A stretch of 64,000 nt of DNA from Chloroflexota bacterium (GTDB lineage Bacteria > Chloroflexota > Dehalococcoidia > UBA2979), in the NCBI GenBank assembly GCA_027593235.1, contig JAQCIU010000001.1, positions 103,132 through 167,131 of the forward strand, read 5' to 3'. The position numbers and the translations under genes are program-made. This document shows, in pieces, positions 8,708 to 18,860 of the stretch; positions within the stretch are counted from its first letter, which is position 1; each line of letters starts with the position of its first letter. The notes beneath the pieces are model-generated. The model did no database searches. It was not told the DNA's origin and was given only the letters and a program-made list of their open reading frames with translations.

Positions 8708-9751
8708 ATGAAACGACTACTGACCGGAGCGTTGCTGCTCCTGAGTGTGTTCGCCTTCGGGGCGTGCTCCGACGATGGCGACGCCACAGCAACTGCGGGG
8801 CCGGCCGACACCGCCACCGTTGGGACGGGCGACGAGCCCGCCGATCCGGTGTCCGTGACCGTCATGCTCGACTGGACGCCGAACACGAACCACATCGGCG
8901 TCTACGCAGCCCTCGGACAGGGCTACTACGCGGAAGCCGGCCTGGACGTGCGGATCATCGAGCCGGCCGCCGCCGGCGTGGAAGCGGTGGTCGCCGAGGG
9001 CCAGGCCGACTTCGGGTTCTCGTACTCGGAGGCGCTGCTGCCGGCACGCCTCGCGGGCGTGGGCATCACCTCGATCGCGACGGCGCTGCCGCACAACGAG
9101 TCGAGCCTGATGTCGCTCGCCAGCGCCGGCATCGAGCGCCCTCGGGACTTCGAGGGCAAGCGTTACGGCGGCTTCGGCGGCGTGCTGGAGCAGCGACTAA
9201 TCGAGACGTTGGTCGCCTGCGACGGCGGCGATCCGTCGAAGGTCGAGTTCGTCGAGGTCGGCAACATCGACTACATCCCCGGGATGCAGCAGGACCGCTT
9301 CGACTTCGTCTGGGTCTTCGAGGGCTGGGACGTGATCCGTGCGCGCGGCCTCGAGGGCGTCGAGGTGACGACGCTGCCGTTCATCGACTACACCGAGTGC
9401 ATCCCGGACTGGTACACCCCGATCATCGTCACCGACGACGACCTGATCGCGAACAACCCGGAGCTGGTGCGGGTCTTCCTCGCGGCGACGGCCCGCGGCT
9501 ACGACTTCGCCGCCAGCAACCCGGACGAGGCCGCGACGGACCTCCTCACCGCGGTGCCGGAACTCGACGAGCAACTCGTCCGCGACAGCGCCGCCTATCT
9601 CGCCAGCCACTTCACGGATGGCGCTGGCTGGGGCCAACAGCAGGATGCGATCTGGGTCGGTTTCGAGGCGTTCCTGCGCGAGGCGGGGTTGATCGAGGAG
9701 CCGGTCGATGTGTCCACGGTCTACACCAACGAGTTCCTACCCGCCTCGTGA
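8708..9751 (+). CDS. thiY: ABC substrate-binding protein, NMT1/ThiY type
   Basis: Lipobox VFAFGACSDD; VTVMLDWTPNTNHIGVYAALGQGYYAEAGLDVRIIEP. Confidence 0.9.
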   Translation: MKRLLTGALLLLSVFAFGACSDDGDATATAGPADTATVGTGDEPADPVSVTVMLDWTPNTNHIGVYAALGQGYYAEAGLDVRIIEPAAAGVEAVVAEGQADFGFSYSEALLPARLAGVGITSIATALPHNESSLMSLASAGIERPRDFEGKRYGGFGGVLEQRLIETLVACDGGDPSKVEFVEVGNIDYIPGMQQDRFDFVWVFEGWDVIRARGLEGVEVTTLPFIDYTECIPDWYTPIIVTDDDLIANNPELVRVFLAATARGYDFAASNPDEAATDLLTAVPELDEQLVRDSAAYLASHFTDGAGWGQQQDAIWVGFEAFLREAGLIEEPVDVSTVYTNEFLPAS

Positions 9752-9795
9752 TCGGGCGGGCGCCGAGTGACAGGTCGAAGGGCGCGCGGTGAGCA

Positions 9796-10554
9796 ATGAC
9801 TGAAGCGGCGGTCCAGCTCGAGGGCATTCGTCACGTCTTCGCCGGCGACCCGCCGGTGGAGGCGGTGGCGGACGTCTCGCTCGAGGTGGATCGTGGTTCC
9901 TTCGTCTCGCTGCTCGGCCCCAGCGGCTGCGGCAAGAGCACGTTGCTACGCGTCCTCGCCGGCCTCGTCGAGCCCACCGAGGGCCGCGCCACCATCGACG
10001 GCGAGAGCACCATCGGCGCCCCCGGACTCGCCGCCTTCATGCCGCAGCGCGACCTCTTGCTCCCCTGGCGCCGCGTCGAGGCGAACGCCGTGCTCGGCGC
10101 GGAGATCGCCGGCGTCCCGCCCGAGGAGGCACGCCGCCGCGCGCGCGAACTCTACGAACGCTTCGGCCTCGAGGGCTTCGAGCGCTCGTGGCCGGGCCAA
10201 CTCTCCGGCGGCATGCGCCAGCGGCTCGCGCTGCTCCGCACCTTCCTCATGCCGCGTGACACGCTGCTCCTCGACGAGCCGTTCGGCGCGCTCGACGCCA
10301 TGACTCGCCGCGAAATGCAGGTCTGGCTCGAAGGCGTGCTGGCACAGGATCCGCGCACAGTGCTGCTGGTCACGCACGACATCGATGAGGCGCTCTTGCT
10401 GTCGGACGTCGTCTACGTCATGTCGCCGCGCCCCGGCCGGATCTCCGCGCGCGTCGAGGTGGATCTGGCGCGCCCTCGACGGGGAGCCGACACGGCGACG
10501 CCGCGCTTCGCCGGGTTGAAGGCGGTGGTGCTGGAGGCGCTGGAGGCGGGGTAG
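9796..10554 (+). CDS. thiZ: ABC transporter ATP-binding protein (ThiZ-like)
   Basis: Walker A LLGPSGCGKST, signature LSGGMRQR, Walker B DTLLLDEPFGALDA. Confidence 0.92.
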   Translation: MTEAAVQLEGIRHVFAGDPPVEAVADVSLEVDRGSFVSLLGPSGCGKSTLLRVLAGLVEPTEGRATIDGESTIGAPGLAAFMPQRDLLLPWRRVEANAVLGAEIAGVPPEEARRRARELYERFGLEGFERSWPGQLSGGMRQRLALLRTFLMPRDTLLLDEPFGALDAMTRREMQVWLEGVLAQDPRTVLLVTHDIDEALLLSDVVYVMSPRPGRISARVEVDLARPRRGADTATPRFAGLKAVVLEALEAG

Positions 10555-10622
10555 GTCGGTCCGGACAGACGTTCCGCCGGCGCACCGCCGTATGCTCGAT
10601 GCCTGACCGGAGGCGTCTACAG

Positions 10623-11981
10623 ATGGCTCGCTCGCTCCAACTCTGGACCGCACTGCTCACCCTCGCGGTGCTGACCGCGGCCGCCTGCACCTCGGGAGAT
10701 GGCGGCACCGCGACGCCCAGCGCGACCGCCAGCGCCGAGCCAACAACGGCGTTTGCCACCGCCTCGCCCACTCGAACGCCGACCCCGACGCCTACGGCCA
10801 CGGGGGAGCCGACACGGGTGCCAGATCCACCACGTACCGTGTGGTTGATCGATGGCGCCACCGGCGAAGTACTCACACTGCACCAGGACGCCTCATATGC
10901 GGACGCCCGCTTCAACGCCGCGGGCACCCGTGTAGAACTGCGAACCGCCGAGGAGTGGCTTGCGTTTGCCCTCGATGGCTCTCCCGCCCCGGCGCCGGAG
11001 CGGCGCGAGTGCCTGCCGGCTGGCGAGGACGCGGTGGTTGGTGGCGTGACCTTCGAAGAAACGCGATGTGGTTCCGTCTCTCCCGACGGCCGCTGGATGC
11101 TGTTCCCGGTTCCGCTCGAAAACACGAATGGCGACTGGGACCAGTGGGTACTCGACCTCGAGACCGGCGAACGGCGTCTCCTCGAACCGGGACTGCGGAG
11201 CTGTGGTGGCTGCGACGGTCGCTTCGGCCCGGGGTACTCGCCGGACGAGGGGCACGTCTACTTCGCGGAGACGGTCGGAAACGGCCGCACCTTCGTGTCC
11301 GACCTTCTGAGCGGCGAGACCGATCTGCTGGGCGACGGCGGCACCGAGATCAATCGGAGACCGCTGTGGGCTCCGAACGGGGAGCGTCTCCTCTACTCGG
11401 ACGACGGCGAGCGTCTCCTGATCCGCGATTTCGAGAGCGGCGACACCTCCGAGGTCCAAGCACTCGATTGGCCCGCGAGCTTCGACGCACTTGGCACCTC
11501 CATCTTTTCGTCCCCGTACTCGGCAGCGGATGCCGCGCCGACGACCACCGTCGTGGACGCGACGACATTCGAGGTCCTGGCCAGCGTCGATGGCGCTGCC
11601 GGCGTCAGCGCCTTCTGGTACCCGCGTGTGGTCGTCGCGCGCTCCGGCGACGGTATCGTTGTCGCCGTCGAACAGGCAGCCAGCTGCGTCGAGGGCATCA
11701 CCATCTACACGCCCGCGTCGCCGGATGGCGCCTGCTTCGAGTCCGCCGTCGGAGCGACCGTCTCACCCGACGGGCGGCTCGTCGCCTTCTCCGTGCAGTC
11801 CGGTGACACTGCCTCCCACAGCGCCCCATCCGACTTCCGAGTCGTGCTCGTCGATACCGAGAGCCTGGAGACGCTCGCGACCATCGAGGGGGCTCAGTCG
11901 TATGACGCGCCGCCGGTGCTCAAGTGGAACCCGGGTAGTACACACCTACTGGTGACCTGGCCCCACGCTCTCGGCTTGTAG
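10623..11981 (+). CDS. Secreted lipoprotein with TolB/WD40-like beta-propeller repeats
   Basis: Lipobox VLTAAACTS; repeated SPDGRWMLF/SPDGRLVAFSVQSG motifs. Confidence 0.7.
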   Translation: MARSLQLWTALLTLAVLTAAACTSGDGGTATPSATASAEPTTAFATASPTRTPTPTPTATGEPTRVPDPPRTVWLIDGATGEVLTLHQDASYADARFNAAGTRVELRTAEEWLAFALDGSPAPAPERRECLPAGEDAVVGGVTFEETRCGSVSPDGRWMLFPVPLENTNGDWDQWVLDLETGERRLLEPGLRSCGGCDGRFGPGYSPDEGHVYFAETVGNGRTFVSDLLSGETDLLGDGGTEINRRPLWAPNGERLLYSDDGERLLIRDFESGDTSEVQALDWPASFDALGTSIFSSPYSAADAAPTTTVVDATTFEVLASVDGAAGVSAFWYPRVVVARSGDGIVVAVEQAASCVEGITIYTPASPDGACFESAVGATVSPDGRLVAFSVQSGDTASHSAPSDFRVVLVDTESLETLATIEGAQSYDAPPVLKWNPGSTHLLVTWPHALGL

Positions 11982-11989
11982 GAGCGACG

Positions 11990-12439
11990 ATCGACCGCGT
12001 CGACCCGGCGAGCGACGATGCGCGCTGGTGTGTTGAGCAGTACTTCGCCGAGCTCGCTGACCGTTTCGAGGCCGGCTTCGACCCCGGCGAGACCGCTCCC
12101 GCCGATGCCGCGGAACTCGTTCCGCCGCACGGCGTCTTCCTCGTCGCCCACCTCGATGGTCGTCCCGTCGCCTGCGGCGCCGTGAAGACCTGGACCGCGG
12201 GTGTGGCCGACATCAAGCGGATGTGGGTCGCTCCCGAGGCCCGCGGCAGCGGCCTCGGCCGACGGATGCTCGTCGCGCTCGAGGGCGAAGCGAGGGCGTT
12301 GGGCCTCGGAGCTGCGCGGCTCGAAACGAACGGCGCACTCGACGAGGCGCTGGCGATGTACCGCAGCCACGGCTACCGCCCGATCGAGCCCTACAGCGGC
12401 GATCCGTACGCCGACTTCGCATTCGAGCGGGAGCTGTAG
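11990..12439 (+). CDS. GNAT family N-acetyltransferase, apparent non-ATG start (ATC at 11990)
   Basis: IDRVDPASDDARWCVEQYFAELADRFEAGFD...GVFLVAHLDGRPVACGAVKTW...IKRMWVAPEARGSGLGRRMLVALE; ORF track only captures from GTG 12182. Confidence 0.75.
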   Translation: MDRVDPASDDARWCVEQYFAELADRFEAGFDPGETAPADAAELVPPHGVFLVAHLDGRPVACGAVKTWTAGVADIKRMWVAPEARGSGLGRRMLVALEGEARALGLGAARLETNGALDEALAMYRSHGYRPIEPYSGDPYADFAFEREL

Positions 12440-12781
12440 CACTTTCTCGAGCGCGAAGGCTGCGTGACGGCTAGAACGGGTCTGGGATCTCGACGCTGCA
12501 AATCCCGTTGCCTTCCCAGGTACCGCCAAGCTCTGGGCACTCTGACGAAGTGATAGCCATCTGACCAATCAGGCGGCGGCGTTCGATTTCGGGGCGTTCG
12601 TACATCATCCGATGCTCTCCAAATGCTGTGATATTCCTGTTGAGTTACTTCGAGCGCAACTTATCAGAACGGCGGCGTGCGTTCTCCTGTTGCAAAGAAG
12701 ACTCGACGATCCGCCAGCAACCGGACTGAGGTCACTACGTCCCGCCCGGGGGCCAAGCTGCGATCGGTCGGTGGGGGTGCG

Positions 12782-13965
12782 ATGAACTGGTGGCCGGCCG
12801 CTTCCGGTGACGCGTGGACGTGGGGCTGGCAGGCCTTCCCCGGCGTCTGGCTGTTCATCGCCCTGATCGCCGGCGCCTACGTCGCCGCGCTTCGCGGTCC
12901 GGGACGGCGTCGCACCCGCCTCGGTGAGCCCGCGGCCAGCGGGCGCCAGCGGCTCTACTTCGTCCTCGGCCTCGTCGCGCTCTGGCTCGCGATCGATTGG
13001 CCGCTCGGCCTCCTCGGCACGGGCTACTCGCTCGCTGCCCGCATCGTTCATCACATGACGATCGGCTTCGTCGCCACGCCGCTGCTCCTGCTCGGGCTCC
13101 CCGAGTGGATGGCTTCGGCACTCGTCCGCGCTCGAAGGATGCGGGCGGTCATGCGGCAGTTGCTGCGACCGTGGGTCGCGTCGCTGCTCTTCGACGCCGC
13201 GTTCCTCGTCTCGAGCATCCCGCCCGTCGTGAACGGATGGCAGCCGTCTCAGGCCGAATCGTTCGCGATCACAGTGATGTAGGTCGCGTCCGGCCTGCTC
13301 GTCTGGTGGCCGCTGGTCGCGCCGGCCGGCTCGTTCGGGCGGCTCGGTTACCTGCTGATTGCGCCGTACCTGTTCACCCAGTCCCTGCTCCCCAAGGTCC
13401 CGGCCGCCTACTACATCTTTTCCGGTGCCTCGTACGACGACCTGTACCGCGACGCCCCGCGCGCCTGGTCCGACATCTCCGCGGGACTCGACCAGCAGAT
13501 CGCCGGCGCCGTCATCTGGCTGGTCGACGGCATCCTCGTCGTCACCGCGATCCACATGCTGACGCTCCGCTGGCAGCGCGACGAACGGATGCAGGGCGTG
13601 GTCCGCGACTTCGGGCTCCCCGTCAGCCCTCGCGCGCTGTCGCTGCTCTTCGAGGAGCCCGGCGCCTGGGAGGCGATGCAGCGCCTCGCCTCGATGGCGC
13701 GCGTGCAGCTCGGGGAGACCGCCGCCCACGCCGCGCTCGGCTCGACTTCCGGCTGCCGGAGGTGCTCACCGCCGACACCCGCGAGCAAGTCGTCCTCGAG
13801 GTACGCGTTGCCCTCAACCCCGTCGAGCAGCTCGAACTCTGGGAGCGCATCGAACGCGGATACTCGGCCTATCTCGAGGGACTGACCGCGGGGCGGCGAG
13901 TGGCGGTGCGCCGACGCGTGGGCTTCCGTGTCGTGGAGTACGCGCTCACAGCCGTCGAGGGCTAA
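12782..13965 (+). pseudogene. CtaG/caa3-type cytochrome oxidase assembly-like membrane protein, interrupted by TAG (13280-13282) and frameshifted near 13745
   Basis: ...SQAESFAITVM*VASGLLVWWPLVAPAGSFGRLGYLLIAPYLF... same frame; then frame change to LDFRLPEVLTADTREQVVLEVRVALN. Confidence 0.7.
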
Positions 13966-14530
13966 GGCGCCTCGTACGCCGCGACGAGGACGACGAAACT
14001 GAGCGAGGCACCTCGGTAGGTCGCGCCGATCTCCCAGCAGCCGGGCGTGAGCGAGCCGCCGCTAATCATGAACTCGTGCAGCTCGCCCCTCGGACGGATG
14101 CCATGGGTTACGGGGCCGGGGAGTTCGGTCAACCCCGGACCGTCGAGCTGCCGATGCACTCTGTGGAGTGCCGGCTCTGGCTCCTCGTGCCAGTCGAACG
14201 CGGTCGAGAACCAGAACTGCTTCAGCGTCAGCCGGCCATCGTCGTTGACGCTCCAGTTCGCGCCGTTCAGGTCGAGTAGTGTCCAGAGGTCGCCGTCGCC
14301 GTACCAGACGGCGTCGTACAACGGTGGTGGCACCGGTGCCAGTCCGAGGGCGGCGAGAACGCCGGCTGAGGCGGGGTCGTGACCGGGCAGGCCTCGCCGC
14401 TGGCGAGCCGCGTCGCCCCCTGGGAGCATCCGGCCCAGAGCATCGCGAGAAGCGCGAGCACTCCGAGGGCTGCGAGTCCGCGGAGCGCGGACCGCGCTGG
14501 TAGCGACGGGTGGTGTTTCATGAGAGACAT
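13962..14530 (-). pseudogene. Secreted lipoprotein with frameshift near 14345
   Basis: Frame A: MSLMKHHPSLPARSALRGLAALGVLALLAMLWAGCSQGATRLASGEACPVTTPPQPAFSP; frame B: APVPPPLYDAVWYGDGDLWTLLDLNGANWSVNDDGRLTLKQFWFS...GCWEIGATYRGASLSFVVLVAAYEAP. Confidence 0.65.
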
Positions 14531-14603
14531 ACACCGCCGCGCCTCCGTTGGTTCCGCCCGGACGCGCTAGATCGACGAGGACTGAACGCTCGGCGAGGGA
14601 GCT

Positions 14604-16412
14604 TTGATGGCGCGTCCTGACCCCCACTCCTACTTCGACGACACCCAGCCGCGCACGCGCCACCTCGAGCTGACGCTCGACGTCGACTTCGAGGAACGCC
14701 GCCTCCGCGGCCGCGCCACCCTCGTCCTCGACCCGCCGGTCCCCGCGGTCGTCGACCCCGACGGCCCGTCGCCCGTGCTCGACCTCGACACCGACGGACT
14801 GACCATCGAGGCGCTGCAAGTCGACGGCGCCCTTGTCGGCGGAATCCTCAGCGACGAAGACGCGGTGCTCGGCCGTCGCCTCCGCATCGACCTCCCCGCC
14901 GGCGCCTCCCGCGTCACGATCGACTACCAGACAGCTACCGAGGCGATCGGCCTCCAGTGGCTCGAGCCGTCGCAGACCGCCGCCGGCGAGCATCCCTTCC
15001 TCTTCTCGCAGTGCCAGCCGATCCACGCCCGCTCCGTCGTCCCCGTGCAGGACTCACCCGCCGCCCGCGTCACGTTCGAGGCGGTGCTGACCGTCCCCGC
15101 TCCGCTCGTCGCGGTGATGGCCGCCGGACCGGCCACCGAGGAGCCAGACTCGCCCGAGGGCACCCGAACCTTCCGCTTCAAGATGCCCCAGGCGATCCCG
15201 CCGTACCTGATCGCGTTCGCGGTCGGCGACCTCGAGGCCCGCGATATTTCAGAGCGCACGCGGGTCTGGGCCGAGCCCTCGATGGTCGAGGCGGCGGCGT
15301 ACGAGTTCGCCGAGACCGAGCAGATGATGGCGACCGCCGAGGAGATGTTCGGCCCCTACGACTGGGACCGCTACGACCTGCTGGTGCTGCCGCCGTCCTT
15401 CCCGTACGGCGGGATGGAAAACCCTCGGCTGACCTTCCTCACGCCGACGGTGATCGCCGGCGACCGCTCGCTCGTCGACGTGATCGCGCACGAGCTGGCG
15501 CACTCCTGGACCGGCAACCTGATCACCAACGCCACCTTCGACCACTTCTGGCTCAACGAGGGCGCCACCACCTGGGCCGAACGTCGCATCGTCGAAGCGC
15601 TGCACGGCGAAGAGTCGGTCGCCCTCGACTGGGCGATCGGTGAACAGGGCCTGCAGGTCGCGTTCGACCGCTTCGGCCTCGACTCGCCGCTGACGAGGCT
15701 CCGCACCGACCTCGAGGGCGGCGACCCGGACGACGCGTACTCGATCATCCCCTACGAGAAGGGCGCCCGCTTCTTCGCACTCCTCGAGCGCACCGCCGGG
15801 CGCGAGCGCTTCGATGCGTTCATCCGTCGCTACATCGAGCGCTACCGCTTCACCTCGATCACCACCGAGGAGTTCGTCGCCTTCCTCGACAGCGAGCTGC
15901 CCGGCGTCGCCGCCGAGGTGGGTGCGAACGCCTGGCTCTACGCGCCCGGCATACCCTCGAACGCCCCGCAGTTCCGCTCCGAACGCCTCGAGTCGCTGAT
16001 CGCCCGCGGCGCCGGCTTCGCCACCGGCGAGCGCCCGACCGCCGAGGAGGTCGCGGCCTGGGCACCCTCGGAGCTGCTCGTCTACCTCCAGCACGTCCCG
16101 CGCCCGCTCCCTCCCGAGGACTGCGCGTGGCTGGACGAACACCTGTCGCTGATGAACCGCGGCAACTACGAGCTCCTCGTCGAGTGGCTCACCATCGCCG
16201 CCGCCTCGGACTACGAACCGGCCTTCGGCCGCCTCGCCGACGTCCTCACCGAGGTGGGCCGCATGAAGTACCTCCGCCCGCTCTACCTCGCGATGGGCGG
16301 ACACCCTCGGACGCGCGCGCTGGCGAGGGAGATCTTCGAGCGCGCGTCACCGGGGTACCACGAGCTCTCGCGCCGAGCGGCGGAGGATGTGATGGCGGGG
16401 TACCCGGAGTAA
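14604..16412 (+). CDS. M1 family zinc metallopeptidase (aminopeptidase N-like)
   Basis: YGGMENPRLTFLTP, VIAHELAHSWTGNLITNATFDHFWLNEG (HExxH-18-E). Confidence 0.97.
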   Translation: MMARPDPHSYFDDTQPRTRHLELTLDVDFEERRLRGRATLVLDPPVPAVVDPDGPSPVLDLDTDGLTIEALQVDGALVGGILSDEDAVLGRRLRIDLPAGASRVTIDYQTATEAIGLQWLEPSQTAAGEHPFLFSQCQPIHARSVVPVQDSPAARVTFEAVLTVPAPLVAVMAAGPATEEPDSPEGTRTFRFKMPQAIPPYLIAFAVGDLEARDISERTRVWAEPSMVEAAAYEFAETEQMMATAEEMFGPYDWDRYDLLVLPPSFPYGGMENPRLTFLTPTVIAGDRSLVDVIAHELAHSWTGNLITNATFDHFWLNEGATTWAERRIVEALHGEESVALDWAIGEQGLQVAFDRFGLDSPLTRLRTDLEGGDPDDAYSIIPYEKGARFFALLERTAGRERFDAFIRRYIERYRFTSITTEEFVAFLDSELPGVAAEVGANAWLYAPGIPSNAPQFRSERLESLIARGAGFATGERPTAEEVAAWAPSELLVYLQHVPRPLPPEDCAWLDEHLSLMNRGNYELLVEWLTIAAASDYEPAFGRLADVLTEVGRMKYLRPLYLAMGGHPRTRALAREIFERASPGYHELSRRAAEDVMAGYPE

Positions 16413-16432
16413 GGGCCCGTGTGGGCGAGACG

Positions 16433-16852
16433 GTGAGCGCGACTGGAGCGTGGCGGTGGTTCGCGTCGTTCGCTGCGGCGGCGGCCGGCTTTGGCTCGCA
16501 AGCTCTCCTATTCGACGAGGCCGGCGCGATTGACTGGTTCCTTTCGACCAACTGGCTTGTGGGTGGCGCGATCAGCGCGGTCGGCATGGTGGTGCTGACT
16601 CAGGCGGTCTGGGAACTGCGCCTGGGCCGATGGTGGCCGATGCTTGTCGTTGCGCTCGTAGCGCCGATGCCGTTCGCAGTCTACGTCTGGCCGAATAACT
16701 GGGTGCTGGCGGCGAGCCATCTCGTCCCGCTGCTCGCCCTGTCTGCGTCGGGGCGAGCGATGGGAGTACCCGTCGGGCGTGCGCTGGTGTTTGCCCTCGG
16801 GGGGCTCGCGCTCGCGTGGATCTGGCTGTGGCCCGCCTCGTCGATCGAGTAG
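16433..16852 (+). CDS. Hypothetical membrane protein
   Basis: GTG start; 139 aa with four hydrophobic segments. Confidence 0.5.
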   Translation: MSATGAWRWFASFAAAAAGFGSQALLFDEAGAIDWFLSTNWLVGGAISAVGMVVLTQAVWELRLGRWWPMLVVALVAPMPFAVYVWPNNWVLAASHLVPLLALSASGRAMGVPVGRALVFALGGLALAWIWLWPASSIE

Positions 16853-16862
16853 CCGGCCGAAC

Positions 16863-18224
16863 TCAGGAGCGCTCGGACTCGCGCATTTCCGCGACTGCGG
16901 CACCGGGCGTCGGTGCCGGCCGTGACACCGGGAGCTCGGCAATCCCTCGGGTGAGGTCCGGTCGGGGAAGTTTCAGCGCGACCACGAAGAGGGCGAGTGA
17001 GGCGACGTAGGTGCCGATGAACAGCAGGATCGCGGCGTCGTAGGAACCGGTGCGGTCGAAGATCGCGCCCGCGATCGTCGGACTGATCACCTGGCCAAGC
17101 GTCTCCACGACGACCACGGCTCCGAGGATTGTCGCGAAGTGAGCGACCCCGAACGCGCGGGTCAGCAGCAGTGCCTCGATGATCGGTCCGCCTGCGGTGC
17201 CGGCGACCCAGAAGACGAGGAAGAGGACGATCGCCGCCGGAGCGGTGCTGATCGATAGCGTGGCCATCGCGGAGATCAGGAACAGGACGAGCACGATCGT
17301 CAGCACCTCGAAGCGCGGGACGCGATCGGCGAGTGCGCCGACCAGCAGGCGCGTGCCAATGCCGAGCCCGGCGGTGACTGAGACGAGCCAGGCGGCGTTG
17401 GCCCTCGAGATGCCGACGGACTCGTAGAACGGGATCTGGTGGACGAGCCAGCCGAACATCCCGAAGAAGAGCAGGGTGACGGCGAAGGCGAGCGTCCAGA
17501 ACAGCGGCGTGCGGAGCGCCTCGCGGAGCGTCAGCCCCTCGACGGCTGGGCGCGGCAGGTTCGTGTCGTGTGCGGGAGCGCCGTCGACCTCGGCGCCCAC
17601 GTCGGCGGGTGAGTTGCGAACGATGAACCAGCCCACCGGGAGAAAGAGCGCGGCGGTTGCCACGCCCGAAACGACGAAGGCTCCGCGCCAACCGAGCCCG
17701 CCGATCGCCGCGCTCATCAGCGGAACCATGATGAAGCCGCCGAGCGAGAAGCCGCTGCCCAGGATGCTGACGGCGATGCCACGGCGGCGATCGAACCACC
17801 TGGAGATCAGCGCCATGAACGGCATGAAGAACATCAACTGGCGGACGACCGCGTTGATCGCCGAGAACAGGTACCACTGCCAGAGGGTGTTGGTGAACGC
17901 GAGCAGTAGGTAGCTGAGCGCCGTGAGCACCGCGCCGACGAGGATTGCCGATCGCGGACCTCGGGTGTCGATCCAGCGCCCGATGAGCGGCGCTGCGAGC
18001 CCGCTGACCAGCAACGACACCGAAAAGCCGAGGGAGACCTCGGCTCGCGACCACCCGAACTCGGCTTCGAGCGGCTCGACGTAGAGGCCGAACGACCAGA
18101 ACGAGACGCCGGATCCGAGGGCCATCGACACCACGGCCGCGGCGAGCAACCACCAGCCGTAGAACACCTTGCGGTGCCCCGAGACGACGTCGACAGCTCC
18201 GGAGAGCGCACGCAGAGCGGTCAA
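16863..18224 (-). CDS. MFS transporter (oxalate/formate antiporter-like)
   Basis: GHRKVFYGWWLLAAAVVSMALGSGVSFWSFGLYVEPLEAEFGWSRAEVSLGFSVSLLVSGL; 12 TM pattern. Confidence 0.9.
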   Translation of the reverse strand: MTALRALSGAVDVVSGHRKVFYGWWLLAAAVVSMALGSGVSFWSFGLYVEPLEAEFGWSRAEVSLGFSVSLLVSGLAAPLIGRWIDTRGPRSAILVGAVLTALSYLLLAFTNTLWQWYLFSAINAVVRQLMFFMPFMALISRWFDRRRGIAVSILGSGFSLGGFIMVPLMSAAIGGLGWRGAFVVSGVATAALFLPVGWFIVRNSPADVGAEVDGAPAHDTNLPRPAVEGLTLREALRTPLFWTLAFAVTLLFFGMFGWLVHQIPFYESVGISRANAAWLVSVTAGLGIGTRLLVGALADRVPRFEVLTIVLVLFLISAMATLSISTAPAAIVLFLVFWVAGTAGGPIIEALLLTRAFGVAHFATILGAVVVVETLGQVISPTIAGAIFDRTGSYDAAILLFIGTYVASLALFVVALKLPRPDLTRGIAELPVSRPAPTPGAAVAEMRESERS

Positions 18225-18357
18225 GTGGGCTCCGTGGTTGGAGATCAGCGAGGGGCGATCACCGTATCAGTCGAGGGCCGTGGGGAGCGCCGGGGGATCT
18301 CGCGCGCTACCCCACGTGGCGGGCTCTCGCCGACGGAACGTCGGCGGCGTGATCGAC

Positions 18358-18383
18358 CGGCGGCTTGCCCGAGCAAGCCGCCG
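18358..18383 (-). terminator. Terminator-like perfect hairpin
   Basis: CGGCGGCTTGC-CCGA-GCAAGCCGCCG, 11-bp stem, 25 nt past the stop of the monooxygenase gene; no U-tract. Confidence 0.45.
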
Positions 18384-18407
18384 TGCTGCCGAGGCTTGCG
18401 CTGCTCG

Positions 18408-18710
18408 CTAGCGCTTCACGCCCGCGATCCAGGTCAGGCGCGTGATCTCCGGCCGCGCGCCGGCGACCCCCTTGAGGTCCTCGCCGAGCTGCTTCATGTG
18501 GTCGCTCGCGCCGTGGGCGGCGGAGGCGTCTTCGCTGTCGTACTGCTCGTAGAAGTAGAAGACCGTCGGGTCCTCGTCCGAGGTATGCAGCTCATACTTC
18601 GGCACGCCCGGCTCGTTCGTGCTGACGGCGGCGACCATCTTCTCGAGGGCTGCGCGCATCTCTGCTTCTTTGCCCTCACGGGCCTGGAGCTTGGCAATCA
18701 CGGTTCGCAT
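18408..18710 (-). CDS. Antibiotic biosynthesis monooxygenase-type (putative quinol monooxygenase)
   Basis: TVIAKLQAREGKEAEMRAALEKMVAAVSTNEPGVPKYELHTSDEDPTVFYFYEQYDSEDA. Confidence 0.85.
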   Translation of the reverse strand: MRTVIAKLQAREGKEAEMRAALEKMVAAVSTNEPGVPKYELHTSDEDPTVFYFYEQYDSEDASAAHGASDHMKQLGEDLKGVAGARPEITRLTWIAGVKR

Positions 18711-18860
18711 CTGGGTCTCCTCGGTGTTGGGTGCGTTGGCAGGCGGAGTCTAGCAAGCGCCGATGCCGCCACCGAGGAGCGCGCCCCGGACGAGGTCGCG
18801 CACTCCGTCAGGCTAGGCTCATGGCAGACGGAGAATGGTGCGGCTCTTGCGGGGGGCGTC

